64,000 bases of DNA from Leptospirales bacterium (GTDB lineage Bacteria; Spirochaetota; Leptospiria; Turneriellales; JAOUFE01), in assembly GCA_040326155.1 (NCBI GenBank), contig JBEQLE010000011.1:1-64000 (forward strand). The letters run 5' to 3'. Numbering within the stretch: the first letter of the stretch is position 1; the number at the start of each line of letters is the position of its first letter. Both the position numbers and the translations under genes were made by a program. This document shows, in pieces, positions 20,792 to 30,956 of this stretch. Below the pieces are notes generated by a model that was given only the letters and a program-made list of their open reading frames with translations, made no database searches and had not been told where the DNA came from.

Positions 20792-21136
20792 CTATGGATG
20801 CTTTGCCAGCCGTGCCTGACCAATATGTTGCAACGGACCGAACACCAATACTCTGAAAACTGTCGGTTCTGAAATAACAACGTCAAGTTGTAATTTGACC
20901 GTATCGTCATCGGTCGCAACCGGATTGGCTCGGCTCACAGAGTCCATTATATTTTTCGGACCAGCACTGTTTGGGTTAGAAGTATCTGTAACGCCATAGC
21001 CGACAATGTCTTCCGTTTCCGGATTCAAAAAGATGATGACGGCGCTTTTCTTGTTCTCATTTGCAGCATCAGGTCCGAGAAATTTTCCACCACGGGCTGC
21101 GGGACGAATAATAATAGATGTATTTTCAGACTTCAT
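20792..21136 (-). CDS. Hypothetical protein, possibly C-terminally truncated
   Basis: GAGGA RBS, globular-looking composition, abrupt end. Confidence 0.55.
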   Translation of the reverse strand: MKSENTSIIIRPAARGGKFLGPDAANENKKSAVIIFLNPETEDIVGYGVTDTSNPNSAGPKNIMDSVSRANPVATDDDTVKLQLDVVISEPTVFRVLVFGPLQHIGQARLAKHP

Positions 21137-21317
21137 TGGAAATCCTCGTAGTATTCCGATTCATTATATTATTTAAAGAAATATCAATTCTCAGATTAAA
21201 AATGTACATTAGATGCAATAAGTCTTTTGTAGTGGCTCCAAAAACCGTCATTATATTTGTGCTACAGATTAATTACCTTGCTTGAGTTACTATAATACAA
21301 AGTTTGGTCATGGTTTT

Positions 21318-21749
21318 ATGAATGACAAACAGGCTTACGGTATCATTTTTACTTGCTGGTTAACTGCGACGATTGCGACATTAGGCAGTCTATTTTTCAG
21401 TGAAATAATGGAATTTGTACCTTGCACGCTGTGCTGGTACCAACGGATTTTTATGTATCCTTTGGTAATTTTATTTTTAATATCTTTATATCGGTTTGAA
21501 AAAAGTATTTTACTTTATTCTTTCCCATTTATTATATTGGGCTGGTTTTTCGCATTATACCATAATCTGGTACAGCTTGAAATTATTCCTGAGTCAGCTT
21601 CTCCCTGTGTTCAAGGAATACCCTGTTCAACAAAATATATAAATTGGCTAAATTTCATTACTATCCCTGCACTATCATTTTTTGCCTTTTCTATATTGCT
21701 AATACTAATAATAATTTTTTATAAAGGATACTACAATGAAAAAAAATAA
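21318..21749 (+). CDS. Disulfide bond formation protein (BdbC/DsbB family)
   Basis: GSLFFSE, PCTLCWYQR, second Cys pair, ITIP. Confidence 0.92.
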   Translation: MNDKQAYGIIFTCWLTATIATLGSLFFSEIMEFVPCTLCWYQRIFMYPLVILFLISLYRFEKSILLYSFPFIILGWFFALYHNLVQLEIIPESASPCVQGIPCSTKYINWLNFITIPALSFFAFSILLILIIIFYKGYYNEKK

Positions 21750-22389
21750 TATAATAATCGGTTTGACTCTGTTGAGTATGGCTACCCTGTTTGTCGGTGG
21801 TTCTTATTTTTATAAGTATAAAAAAGCCGAAAAGCAAAAGCAAACTCTTGAACAATACCGAAAAGATTTGGTTAAAAACTACAGCCCTGTTTATGGTGAC
21901 CCAAACGCTCCGGTTGAAATTGTTGAGTTTCTAGATCCTGAATGCGAAACTTGCGCAACGTTTTTTCCTTTTGTAAAAGAAGTCATGAATCAATTCCCTG
22001 GAAAAGTAAAGTTAGTTATTCGCTATGCCCCCTTTCATCAGAACTCGGTTTTCGCAGTAAAAATACTTGAAGCAACGAGGCACCAAAATAAATATTGGGA
22101 GACTCTTTCAAAGCTTTTTGAAATGCAACCCGTATGGGGCGATCATCATAACCCCAAGCCGATGTTAATCTGGACCTATTTATCAGAACTAGAAATTGAT
22201 ACGGAACAAATTAAACGTGACATGGAAAGTCCAGAAATTATGGTGAGAATACAAACCGATTTGGAAGATGTAAAAACTTTCAACGTAAAGAAAACTCCTA
22301 CTTTTTTTGTGAACGGTAAACCTCTAGAAAGCTTCGGATACAGGCAGCTCTTTGATGCCGTAAAAAAAGAAGTTGAAAATACAAAATAA
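21736..22389 (+). CDS. DsbA/BdbD family thiol-disulfide oxidoreductase
   Basis: EFLDPECETC active site, TPTFFVNG. Confidence 0.92.
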   Translation: MKKNNIIIGLTLLSMATLFVGGSYFYKYKKAEKQKQTLEQYRKDLVKNYSPVYGDPNAPVEIVEFLDPECETCATFFPFVKEVMNQFPGKVKLVIRYAPFHQNSVFAVKILEATRHQNKYWETLSKLFEMQPVWGDHHNPKPMLIWTYLSELEIDTEQIKRDMESPEIMVRIQTDLEDVKTFNVKKTPTFFVNGKPLESFGYRQLFDAVKKEVENTK

Positions 22390-22570
22390 GGTCGCTACGT
22401 AAAACAGATGAAATAATAAAATTCATTGTAAGTATACTTATTTATGGAAATGTGGTGAGTACTATATTGGAAAAATGGAAAACCCATAAAGCTCCCAACA
22501 ATCGATTCGTCCAAAGCTTCGTTTGCAAGTTCAATTGTAGTATTCTATTTCGAAACGGAGGGGTTTTTCT

Positions 22571-23461
22571 ATGACTGGAAACTTAAAAAAAGTATATATA
22601 TTTATATCTCTGACTTTTATCTGTAACTTTGGTTTGGTTGGCCTGTTTTTTGCATTGGGAGGAAAGTGGACCATGCCTGGTTCACTTATTATATCCATTT
22701 TATATATGTTTATTCCTATGATCGTATCGATCTTCGTTCAAAAAGTTATTTTTAAAGAATCCATTAAAGCGCCACTTGGTATCTCTTTCAAATTCAATCG
22801 TTGGTTTGTAATTGCCTGGCTTATACCTGCCTTCCTTGCCATTGCTACTTTAGGTTTAAGTTTGCTTTTACCCGGAGTTGAATTTTCCCCTGATATGGAG
22901 GGCATGTTCGAACGGTTTGCAGACTTAATACCCCCGGAACAAATGGAAGAGTTGCGAACCACGGAACTTTTTATGCATCCTTTTTGGCTGGGACTGTTTC
23001 AAGGTTTAATCGCGGGAGTCACAATAAATGCCATTGCCGGGTTCGGCGAAGAGTTGGGCTGGCGGGGTCTATTACAAAAGGAGTTGGGCTTCTTAGGATT
23101 CTGGAAATCGTCCTTGATTATTGGCGTTATCTGGGGACTATGGCACGCGCCACTTATTCTTCAAGGTCACAATTATCCAGAGCATCCGGTTTCTGGAGTT
23201 GTAATGATGACTATATTTACTGTTCTTATTTCGCCACTTTTTTGCTATATAAGAATAAAATCTCGATCGGTCATTGCAGCGGCCATTATTCATGGTTCCT
23301 TGAATGGAACCGCCGGCCTTGCCATAATGTTGCTTAAAGGTGGCAGCGATTTAACCGTAGGCGTAACCGGAGTATCAGGATTCATTGTTCTTGCCATTGT
23401 TAATATTGGACTATACTTTATGACCAGACATTCAGACCAAAAAACCTTGACTATATTGTAA
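22571..23461 (+). CDS. CPBP (CAAX/Abi) family intramembrane metalloprotease
   Basis: GEELGWRG, WGLWH, HGSLN motifs intact. Confidence 0.92.
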   Translation: MTGNLKKVYIFISLTFICNFGLVGLFFALGGKWTMPGSLIISILYMFIPMIVSIFVQKVIFKESIKAPLGISFKFNRWFVIAWLIPAFLAIATLGLSLLLPGVEFSPDMEGMFERFADLIPPEQMEELRTTELFMHPFWLGLFQGLIAGVTINAIAGFGEELGWRGLLQKELGFLGFWKSSLIIGVIWGLWHAPLILQGHNYPEHPVSGVVMMTIFTVLISPLFCYIRIKSRSVIAAAIIHGSLNGTAGLAIMLLKGGSDLTVGVTGVSGFIVLAIVNIGLYFMTRHSDQKTLTIL

Positions 23462-23490
23462 CAAGGAACAGGTTAAATTCAGATTTTTAT

Positions 23491-23670
23491 ATGAAAAAAT
23501 ATATTCTATTCGCAGTCCTTTTCGTTGTTCTACCGATGTGTTCTAAAACGGCTCAATCCGAAGCTGATCAAGTATTCAAAAACCTGGAGCCCCGAAAAAC
23601 TGTAAAAGATTTATCGGAACATATGAGCGTGGAAGAGATGTTAGGCGTAATTCATTGTAGAATTACCTGA
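23491..23670 (+). pseudogene. Probable truncated lipoprotein (59 aa)
   Basis: MKKYILFAVLFVVLPMCSK lipoprotein-like leader; frame runs into the GTTAGGC site and the opposite cyclase gene. Confidence 0.55.
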
Positions 23671-24893
23671 GATTTTACTTGCACTGGCTTTAAGACATGC
23701 CAAACTGCCAATTGGCCTTTCCCTTTAACATCAATAAACCCTTTTGATTTGCAAACAAAATCATTCTTAATTAACTCATACGTAGACTTTGTTATTTGTA
23801 TCATATCTTTTTCACCGTTTGATTCCATACGACTTGCTGTATTCACCGCATCACCCCAGAGGTCATAGATAAACTTTTTCTTCCCTATCACACCCGCGAC
23901 TACGGGTCCTGAGTTAATTCCAATTCTAAATGAAATTTTTGTTCGATTATATTTGTTACCTCTAAAGTGTTTCTGAATATCCAGGGCCAATGATACTAAT
24001 GCAAAGGCGTGGTCATTGCGAGATTGAGGTATACCTGATGCTACCATATAGCAATCTCCTATTGTTTTTATCTTTTCTACATCATATTTTTCAACTAATT
24101 CATCAAAATAAGAAAATACTTCATTAAGCATTTGCACTAATTCTTTTGGTTTGCATTTTTGAGATAAAGGTGTGAAATTGACAATATCAGCAAAAAGTAT
24201 ACTTACATTTTGATATTCATCTGCAATAGTGCGAGATCCACTTTTTAAAATATCTGCTATCTGTTTTGGTAATATATTTAAAAGCAATTCCTCTGATTTC
24301 TCTCTTTCAATTTCTAATAATTTTGTAATTGTATTTTTCTGTGCCAAAAAGTATGATAATAAAATAAATACGACGGTTGATACACCAACAATATTCATTA
24401 CATAAAATAATTTAATTAGCAAGGGCGTCAGTGTACCAGACGGCTTCATAGTTCCTTCAAAAATAAAGCCAATCACAACTACAGCGATATAAGCTACAAA
24501 CCATAAAATGGCTTTTTTTCTGGATAAAAATAAAAATGCCCCTAATGGGCAAGTAAATGACCAAAGTATAACAGCACTGGAATAATGGAAGTCGCCAAGA
24601 GAAATCATGAGAAATAATGGTAATAAAAGAGGTAGTAATAACTGAAGAAATCGAAAAAGTTTATACTTGTGAAAAGTAAAGTAAACGGCGATGCTGGTAA
24701 GAGATAATATACTATAAGTCCATGGGATATATGCCGACCTTACTTCCCCATAGATGAAGTATATTAAACCCCAGAATGCACCAAACGTGGCAATCAAAAG
24801 TGATGATAATACTAAAATTTTCTTCTGTAATTTAATCTCTGAGTCGTCATTCTTGTCCTCAGAAGAAATTAATAATTTATTGACCAAGTTCAT
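23652..24893 (-). CDS. Membrane-bound class III adenylate/guanylate cyclase
   Basis: LLLNILP, FADIVNFT, KIKTIGDCYM, YDLWGDAVNTASRMES; six N-terminal TM. Confidence 0.95.
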   Translation of the reverse strand: MNLVNKLLISSEDKNDDSEIKLQKKILVLSSLLIATFGAFWGLIYFIYGEVRSAYIPWTYSILSLTSIAVYFTFHKYKLFRFLQLLLPLLLPLFLMISLGDFHYSSAVILWSFTCPLGAFLFLSRKKAILWFVAYIAVVVIGFIFEGTMKPSGTLTPLLIKLFYVMNIVGVSTVVFILLSYFLAQKNTITKLLEIEREKSEELLLNILPKQIADILKSGSRTIADEYQNVSILFADIVNFTPLSQKCKPKELVQMLNEVFSYFDELVEKYDVEKIKTIGDCYMVASGIPQSRNDHAFALVSLALDIQKHFRGNKYNRTKISFRIGINSGPVVAGVIGKKKFIYDLWGDAVNTASRMESNGEKDMIQITKSTYELIKNDFVCKSKGFIDVKGKGQLAVWHVLKPVQVKSQVILQ

Positions 24894-24983
24894 ATGCCTA
24901 CCATCTTTTATTTCAATTTAATCATATGGAGTCATTCCAAACAATTATTATTCACAAATATACGATTACCCATAATGAACTAC

Positions 24984-25156
24984 GCCTAACAAATTTTATC
25001 TGTTCGGGCCAACTTTGCTGTCCCTCAGGTCTCACAATGATATTTTTCATATTTTGGTTTTACAGTAAAGACATTTTCTCTTCAAACAGCATCTTACTGA
25101 TTGCTCAACCACATTTTGGCTTCACCAAAACGTCAGAAAAAATCAATAAGTTGTTC
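24984..25156 (-). repeat. attC-like imperfect palindromic repeat, copy A
   Basis: Minus strand GAACAAC...TTTTTCTG...CAGATAAAATTT-GTTAGGC; shares blocks with 33523-33631, 32888-32960 and 35199-35225. Confidence 0.6.
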
Positions 25157-25181
25157 ATTTATTATCACGATAATCGGAACT

Positions 25182-25481
25182 TTACTTCTTCAATCGGTCA
25201 CGCCAATAGTAAGGTTTGCGGCTCATATGTGCTACAGCAACTATCCAAATAACGTCTTTCATCTCAATATAGTTAATGGAGTATGGAAACCGGAGAAGTG
25301 AACAACAACTGGTACCATTTGTATTTATAGGCCAACGTTTTGGTGATTTCAAAATATTAACGAATGCTTGACTTACTTCCTGCTCAAAATCTAATCCCAA
25401 TCCTGAAGACTTGGTTTCGTAATAATCAACTGCTTGCCAAAGTTCCAATTCTGCTTCATGGTGAACGATAAGACGTTTCAT
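25182..25481 (-). CDS. RelE/ParE family type II toxin
   Basis: HHEAELEL..A..YY, RFPYSINY, VAVAHMSRKPYYW. Confidence 0.92.
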   Translation of the reverse strand: MKRLIVHHEAELELWQAVDYYETKSSGLGLDFEQEVSQAFVNILKSPKRWPINTNGTSCCSLLRFPYSINYIEMKDVIWIVAVAHMSRKPYYWRDRLKK

Positions 25482-25711
25482 GAATATTTTGATCTAATTT
25501 CAGAAAGTATTTCTTCAGCTGGTCTCCCTTTCGCTGTGCCGTTTTTAATTTCTTTTACACGTTTTTCAATCTCTACATTCCAGGCAATTTCGGTTTGACT
25601 ATCTTCTGGGATATCATCCAAACTTACAATGAGGTCATGAGCCAACTTAGCTCTTTCATCAGAAGATAGAGTATAAGCCTTATTGGCTACTTCATGTAAT
25701 AATGAAGACAT
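25478..25711 (-). CDS. Addiction module antitoxin (TIGR02574-like)
   Basis: LSSDERAKLAHDLIVSL...W..EIEKR; ATGA overlap with the toxin. Confidence 0.9.
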   Translation of the reverse strand: MSSLLHEVANKAYTLSSDERAKLAHDLIVSLDDIPEDSQTEIAWNVEIEKRVKEIKNGTAKGRPAEEILSEIRSKYS

Positions 25712-25953
25712 TGTTTTCCATCCTTATATATTGAAAGTTACAATTATAATTGAAACTCTGCATTTTATAATCATATATCAAGAAGGTTATATGACCATAT
25801 AGAAATAATTATTATTTTATCATGATGTCAATAATTTATTTTAATCTTCCTGGCCCGTAAATGGACAAGCTTTTTGCCTATAACATTCATTGCCAACTAG
25901 TACAACCCGTATTAAAAACCGCCTCTTTTTAAGCGTCGGCCTGATCTTTGTTA

Positions 25954-26769
25954 TCAATACTGACTGAGTAGCGCCATTTTTCTGGCTTTTTTTTCCATCA
26001 TGGAAAAAAGAAGATAACCTGCGACACAAAATATAATCGAGTAAAAAGCCTGGTTCAGGTAGATCATAAAAATGTCCTGTCCGGGATTCTGAAAATAGTG
26101 TGACAGGTTTTTCATCCCAAGAGTCAGCGGGAAGATGTCGTATAACACCGCCCAGAAGGAGTCGTCGGCGAGAGCGGAGCGGTCTTGCCAGAAAAGGCCA
26201 AGCAGCCCGAAATTTATAATCTGAAAAAATGTTCCCACTCGTTTAAAAAGCAGAGTTACGCCTGCAAATATGTACGCTATTCCATACACCCCGATGGCGA
26301 TTAAAAACAGACCCGGTATGACAACATAAAAAACAGAGAGCGATAGGTCGACATCAGGCATGGATAATATATACGCGCTCATTAAAAGGAAAAAACTCAT
26401 TGTCTGTCGTGGAAACTGCGAAAACCCTCTGGCAAGTAAAACTGTGCCAAGCCTATGGCCCGATATTGAAAGTTGCTCGAGTGTTCCCGTCTGGCTCTCG
26501 TTTGAAATCTGGCCCGACCATCCCATTTGTGAGCTCATGACAAACTGCATAAGACAATAACCTAAAATCATTCTGTTATGATCAATTTCGAGGCCGCCTT
26601 TATCTGACAGCTGAGAAACCCCAAGAATTATAGCCATCAATATTACATACATAAAAAATATGAAGGAGATGATTTCCATTGGGTAGCGTTTTAAAAACAG
26701 GTACTCTCTTTTAAGTTCTGCCTTAACCAACAGAAAAAACTCACCCATATATTTCCAGACATTATCCAC
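25954..26769 (-). CDS. ABC-2 type permease
   Basis: E..TGTLEQL motif; six TM. Confidence 0.85.
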   Translation of the reverse strand: MDNVWKYMGEFFLLVKAELKREYLFLKRYPMEIISFIFFMYVILMAIILGVSQLSDKGGLEIDHNRMILGYCLMQFVMSSQMGWSGQISNESQTGTLEQLSISGHRLGTVLLARGFSQFPRQTMSFFLLMSAYILSMPDVDLSLSVFYVVIPGLFLIAIGVYGIAYIFAGVTLLFKRVGTFFQIINFGLLGLFWQDRSALADDSFWAVLYDIFPLTLGMKNLSHYFQNPGQDIFMIYLNQAFYSIIFCVAGYLLFSMMEKKARKMALLSQY

Positions 26770-27691
26770 CGTTCACGCTCCTTAAAAAGACCTCTTCGAG
26801 GTCGTCTTGTGTTTGTCGAACAGAAATAATCTGCTCGCTTTTTTTTGAAACAGTTTCCAACGCTTCTTTAAAACCTTCTGCGCTTTTACAATCAATTTCC
26901 ATTTCTGTAAGATCGCCGTTTGAATTTTTTACTTTCACATCATATTTTTTCTTCCAGAGCGCCGGCGGTGTGAATTTACCTTTTACTACAAACTCGTATA
27001 AATATTTTTTTGCAATTTGCTTTAACTCTTGAATTGTCCCTTCTCGAATGAGTTCCCCTTTGTTTATTATGCCCACACGATCTGCCAATTTGTCGACCAG
27101 GTCCATTTGGTGCGTCGTTAGTAAAATTGTTTTTCCCTCTTTCTTTGCAAGGTCGCGAATCTTTTGTTTAATTTTTCTGGCGCTTGCCACATCTACTCCC
27201 AGGGTCGGTTCATCTAAAAGTAATATCTGGGGGTCGGTAATGAGCGCCGATGCGATCGCCAGTTTCTGTAACATTCCTCGTGAAAGGTGTCTGCTCTGAT
27301 TTTTTTTCTTGGCGTCAATATCAAGGTCGACCAGGTATTGTTCAGCTTTTGCTTTTATGGTTCGAGTTGGAACACCGCGTAAATTCGCAAAATAATGTAA
27401 ATTTTCAAGAGGAGTTAGTCTCCAGTAGACATTGCGCGTACCTTCTAAAACTGCGCTTAAAGCTTCGTAATTTTTTACTTTTTTATCATCGAACAAAATT
27501 TTTCCCGAAGTTGGAATAATCAGACCTGCTATCATTTTTATGAGAGTTGATTTTCCCGCACCGTTTGGCCCTAGTAATGCATAAATTTCACCGGGTTTTA
27601 TTTCAAAACTGACATTTTTTACAGCTTCGACGGTCTTCTTGCTTAATAATTTAGTATATGTTTTCGTTATATTTTCAACTTGAACTTTCAC
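26762..27691 (-). CDS. ABC exporter ATP-binding protein
   Basis: GPNGAGKST, LSRGM, LLDEPTLGVD; GTG start at 27691. Confidence 0.93.
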   Translation of the reverse strand: MKVQVENITKTYTKLLSKKTVEAVKNVSFEIKPGEIYALLGPNGAGKSTLIKMIAGLIIPTSGKILFDDKKVKNYEALSAVLEGTRNVYWRLTPLENLHYFANLRGVPTRTIKAKAEQYLVDLDIDAKKKNQSRHLSRGMLQKLAIASALITDPQILLLDEPTLGVDVASARKIKQKIRDLAKKEGKTILLTTHQMDLVDKLADRVGIINKGELIREGTIQELKQIAKKYLYEFVVKGKFTPPALWKKKYDVKVKNSNGDLTEMEIDCKSAEGFKEALETVSKKSEQIISVRQTQDDLEEVFLRSVNGG

Positions 27692-27849
27692 CCTGTCAGG
27701 ATAATATATTATAGCAGTGTTGGCAAATTGTATTTTATGTTTTCCCACCTCTGGTATTGGAGAAAACTTCGGACGCCGGGGGGTAGCGTAATAACGTTTT
27801 TGTTTTGCCAAAAACAAAAACTTATGCAGCGTGGGGGGCCAGATACCTA

Positions 27850-27881
27850 CCGTAGAGACGCGATTTATCGCGTCCCTACGG
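27850..27881. repeat. REP-type palindrome, copy 1
   Basis: ccgtagagacgcgat-tt-atcgcgtccctacgg. Confidence 0.8.
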
Positions 27882-27920
27882 CGAGGTGTGCATTCAAAGC
27901 CCCCCTTTTATGAAGTTAAT

Positions 27921-29837
27921 TTATGGGTTTTGCATCCATGTCGTGTAGCCATCAATGGTCGGGTCGCCTGTGTCTATGACGACGAGTTTTCCGGTTGCGG
28001 TGGGAGCGTAAATTTTCCCTTTGTATAATAGAGGTTGGGAACGAATTGGTTCTCCGATATCATACTCTTTTACTACCAGACCAGTGTCTACCTGAATTGC
28101 TATAATTTTACCGTCAATTGTTCCGAAGAATAGTCGGCCGCCAGCGTAGGAAGGGGAAGTTACCGGAGAACCGCCTTGTGCTATGCCGATAACTGGTATT
28201 TCGTATTTCCACAAGAGCATTTTTGTCAAAGGGTCAAAGGCCCGAACGGTAGTTCCCATCGCTGCGATAATTTTATTTTTATAGAAGCCCGTGTGGGAGC
28301 CTTCATATGCCTGCATCGTAGAAACGCTTTTTCTTCCAATGTGTACAAAGGACGCTTCAGGATGTAGCAGTGCCGGAGCTCCACTATAGAGGCCACCATT
28401 CCTGTCGTATAACACCCCCGCCATGGAATAGGGTGTATCGTCTTGTATGCGGTAATCGATATATCTGGCGTCCAGACCAGTACCTACATATCGATTTGTA
28501 AAATCTCTCTTAGATATGGCCGGGGCTTCCACCGCAACTTTGCCCGTTTGTTCATCGATACGTTTTGTATAGTAAAGGTGTGACCCGGCAACAAAAACAG
28601 GAGACGTTGCCCGCTCCCGACTGACTGTTAACACAGTGCCATCATTTTTTGAAAATCTGTAAATTGCTCCACTGTGCGTTGTTGTATAAATATCTTTTCC
28701 AGCCAGAACCGGGGCTGTAATGACATCACTGTCGACCCATTGTTGCCAAAGTATTTTTCCATCAGTTAAGGAAAAAGCCCCCAGAACATGAGTAGGGGCC
28801 AGGTTTCCTTCTGCGGAACTATATATATCGGAAGGGTAAACAGCGTAATAAGCATTGTTGTCAGCTGCGGGTGTTGTCGGAAGAACGCCCGATACAAAAA
28901 AGGAAAGTATCATTTCACCTGTTTCTCGGTCGAGCAAAAATATAGTACAAGATTCCGTGCTTAATATAATATATTTACCACCGCAAACAGCTGATGAAGG
29001 GCCGGCGTCGTTCATGGTGACGCCCCAGATAAGATCGCCCTCAAGAGTAAAGGCATAATATGTACTGCTGTTGAATCCACCGCTTACGAATATTTTGTCA
29101 TCGCAGATAACGGGCGTTGGCACCGGGCTTTGGGATGGAAGTGAAAGTATAAAACCATTTTCAGTTTTTGCTTTAAAGTTTTCCGTTTGTTGGTGTATGT
29201 GGGCACCGCTACTTCGAAACTGAGTCGGAGGTTGTGGTTTTCCATCTGCATTCCAGCTTAAAACCTCAGATAAAATATCCCCTTCTATGAACTCCCTTTT
29301 TATAGCTTCTTCGATTCTTTCTTTAATAAAATAGCCTTTTCCGTCAGTTATATCTTTTAATGTTATAACAAAACCGTGCCACCAGTTCTGGGCCTCGTAA
29401 TCGAAGGTGCAACCGGTTTGCACGATTTTGCCCCAGACAACTTTCTTGTTGGTGAAAAACTTTTGATTGAAATTATAGAACGCTTCGACTCGTTGTTTGT
29501 CAACTGCGTTGGACGCATAGTATACGTCATTTGCGCATCTCGCCGTAACATATTCGACTTTTGCAATAATATTTCGGGAAACTAAAGCGTATTTTTTCAG
29601 GTCTTTTTCGGAAAGGTTCAGTTTGTCGTACTCTAACCGAATGGCTATCTGGTTCGATTTTATTTTATCCGGATTAAACCTTCGGACCGTTGTCTCTTGT
29701 GAACCCAACACGCGGGCCACCTGCCCTTCCATGGCGAGAATCTCTTTTTTTCGATTGATCTGGGAATTGGTTCCGGTTGAAAATAAAAACAATAAAAATG
29801 ATAAACCAAAAATTACAAAAGTTGTTTTGCGACGCAT
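27921..29837 (-). CDS. Secreted PQQ-type beta-propeller repeat protein
   Basis: Signal peptide; repeated G..LW blades (DGKILWQ, LLWKY, IRSQPL..KGKIY). Confidence 0.85.
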   Translation of the reverse strand: MRRKTTFVIFGLSFLLFLFSTGTNSQINRKKEILAMEGQVARVLGSQETTVRRFNPDKIKSNQIAIRLEYDKLNLSEKDLKKYALVSRNIIAKVEYVTARCANDVYYASNAVDKQRVEAFYNFNQKFFTNKKVVWGKIVQTGCTFDYEAQNWWHGFVITLKDITDGKGYFIKERIEEAIKREFIEGDILSEVLSWNADGKPQPPTQFRSSGAHIHQQTENFKAKTENGFILSLPSQSPVPTPVICDDKIFVSGGFNSSTYYAFTLEGDLIWGVTMNDAGPSSAVCGGKYIILSTESCTIFLLDRETGEMILSFFVSGVLPTTPAADNNAYYAVYPSDIYSSAEGNLAPTHVLGAFSLTDGKILWQQWVDSDVITAPVLAGKDIYTTTHSGAIYRFSKNDGTVLTVSRERATSPVFVAGSHLYYTKRIDEQTGKVAVEAPAISKRDFTNRYVGTGLDARYIDYRIQDDTPYSMAGVLYDRNGGLYSGAPALLHPEASFVHIGRKSVSTMQAYEGSHTGFYKNKIIAAMGTTVRAFDPLTKMLLWKYEIPVIGIAQGGSPVTSPSYAGGRLFFGTIDGKIIAIQVDTGLVVKEYDIGEPIRSQPLLYKGKIYAPTATGKLVVIDTGDPTIDGYTTWMQNP

Positions 29838-30099
29838 AACTCCATTCCTCCTTGAATATTGCTCGGGTCCTGTACTAAACTTTATTACGCTAGCATAATG
29901 AATAGATACGGCAAAAAGTCAATCCGTTTTCTTTTACCAAACATAGCCACAGCCATAAGAAATACGCGGTAATGTAAGAAGCAACCAACGTTGAGATAAG
30001 ATTAATCCTACTACTGTAAAAAGAGCGCTATCTTGTGAGATTCTTTTGTGGTTTTGTCAAGCAATGTAGGCGCAATTTAATGTTGCGGTGTTGTTTTGG

Positions 30100-30663
30100 C
30101 TACCAGTATTCTGATTCATGGAATCTGTCCAGCTGGAGGCGCACGTATTCTGGTGGTGAGGTGGGTAATTCAACACCTCCATACAATTTAATACCCAGCC
30201 AGTAGAACGCGAGACGGTGAAACTGCGAAGAGTTCTCGCTCAACCCCCTTACAAGCTCATCCAAATACCACTCCAGGGCCAGACGAACCAAACGAGACAT
30301 CGTCCAATGCATTAACCCGGCCGTCATGCGAATAAACATCTCGTCAGAACCATAAAGGCACAACTTATGCCGATGCAAATGCTCTTCACTGCTTTGCAAC
30401 TTTACTCGCCGATTCAAAGACTGATATTTCTTCCACTTATCATGTTTTCCTGATTTCAACACACAATTCGTAATAAACATAAAAGGATCTTTCCTTTTAA
30501 TTAAACGAAAAACACAATAACGTACCACCCAGGAATAACTCGTTTTCTTCGCCTCAGAAATTCGCACTACTTTTTCCCAGGCATTCGCGTTCACCCGAAT
30601 CTCCAGAAAATGATCTACATGTACGCCCAGTCTATAAAGTGGTTCACTGTTTCTATTCACCAT
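30100..30663 (-). CDS. Tandem ribbon-helix-helix protein, DUF1564-like
   Basis: Two RHH-like halves: LEIRVNANAWEKV...SYSWVVRYCV and KLCLYGSDE...TMSRLVRLALEWYL. Confidence 0.6.
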   Translation of the reverse strand: MVNRNSEPLYRLGVHVDHFLEIRVNANAWEKVVRISEAKKTSYSWVVRYCVFRLIKRKDPFMFITNCVLKSGKHDKWKKYQSLNRRVKLQSSEEHLHRHKLCLYGSDEMFIRMTAGLMHWTMSRLVRLALEWYLDELVRGLSENSSQFHRLAFYWLGIKLYGGVELPTSPPEYVRLQLDRFHESEYW

Positions 30664-30703
30664 ACTTGTGTTATATAGAAAAAAGCGATTTTTTTACACT
30701 AGT

Positions 30704-30761
30704 GCTGTGACTGGATAGATGTTACATTAGCTTGTTTCAATATAATCTATCTAGTCACTGC
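30704..30761. repeat. 17-bp imperfect inverted repeat upstream of the RHH gene
   Basis: gctgtgactggatagat / atctatctagtcactgc, 15 of 17 complementary. Confidence 0.7.
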
Positions 30762-30956
30762 TTAAGTCATAGACTCTGAGTGCAAAAGGCACTTCGAGTG
30801 GCGTTTCCACTTGAATTTGTGAAGCGGTAGCGGAAAAAATTAAAAAGACACGGCACTAACTCGACTTAAATTATACAGAATTTGTTTTTTTTAAAGAAAT
30901 GTTTCACGGCTTCGGCTCACCGAATAAGTTGTTACAATTTGTTGTCGCTATTTGTA

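Noticed and set aside
24926..25301. Plus-strand ORFs of 108 and 66 aa
   Set aside because: They run across the attC-like repeat and antisense to the toxin, with no protein features
30780..30830. tracrRNA-like tail (aaaaggcacttcgagtg)
   Set aside because: Only a short hairpin resemblance; no cas genes or CRISPR repeats in the window
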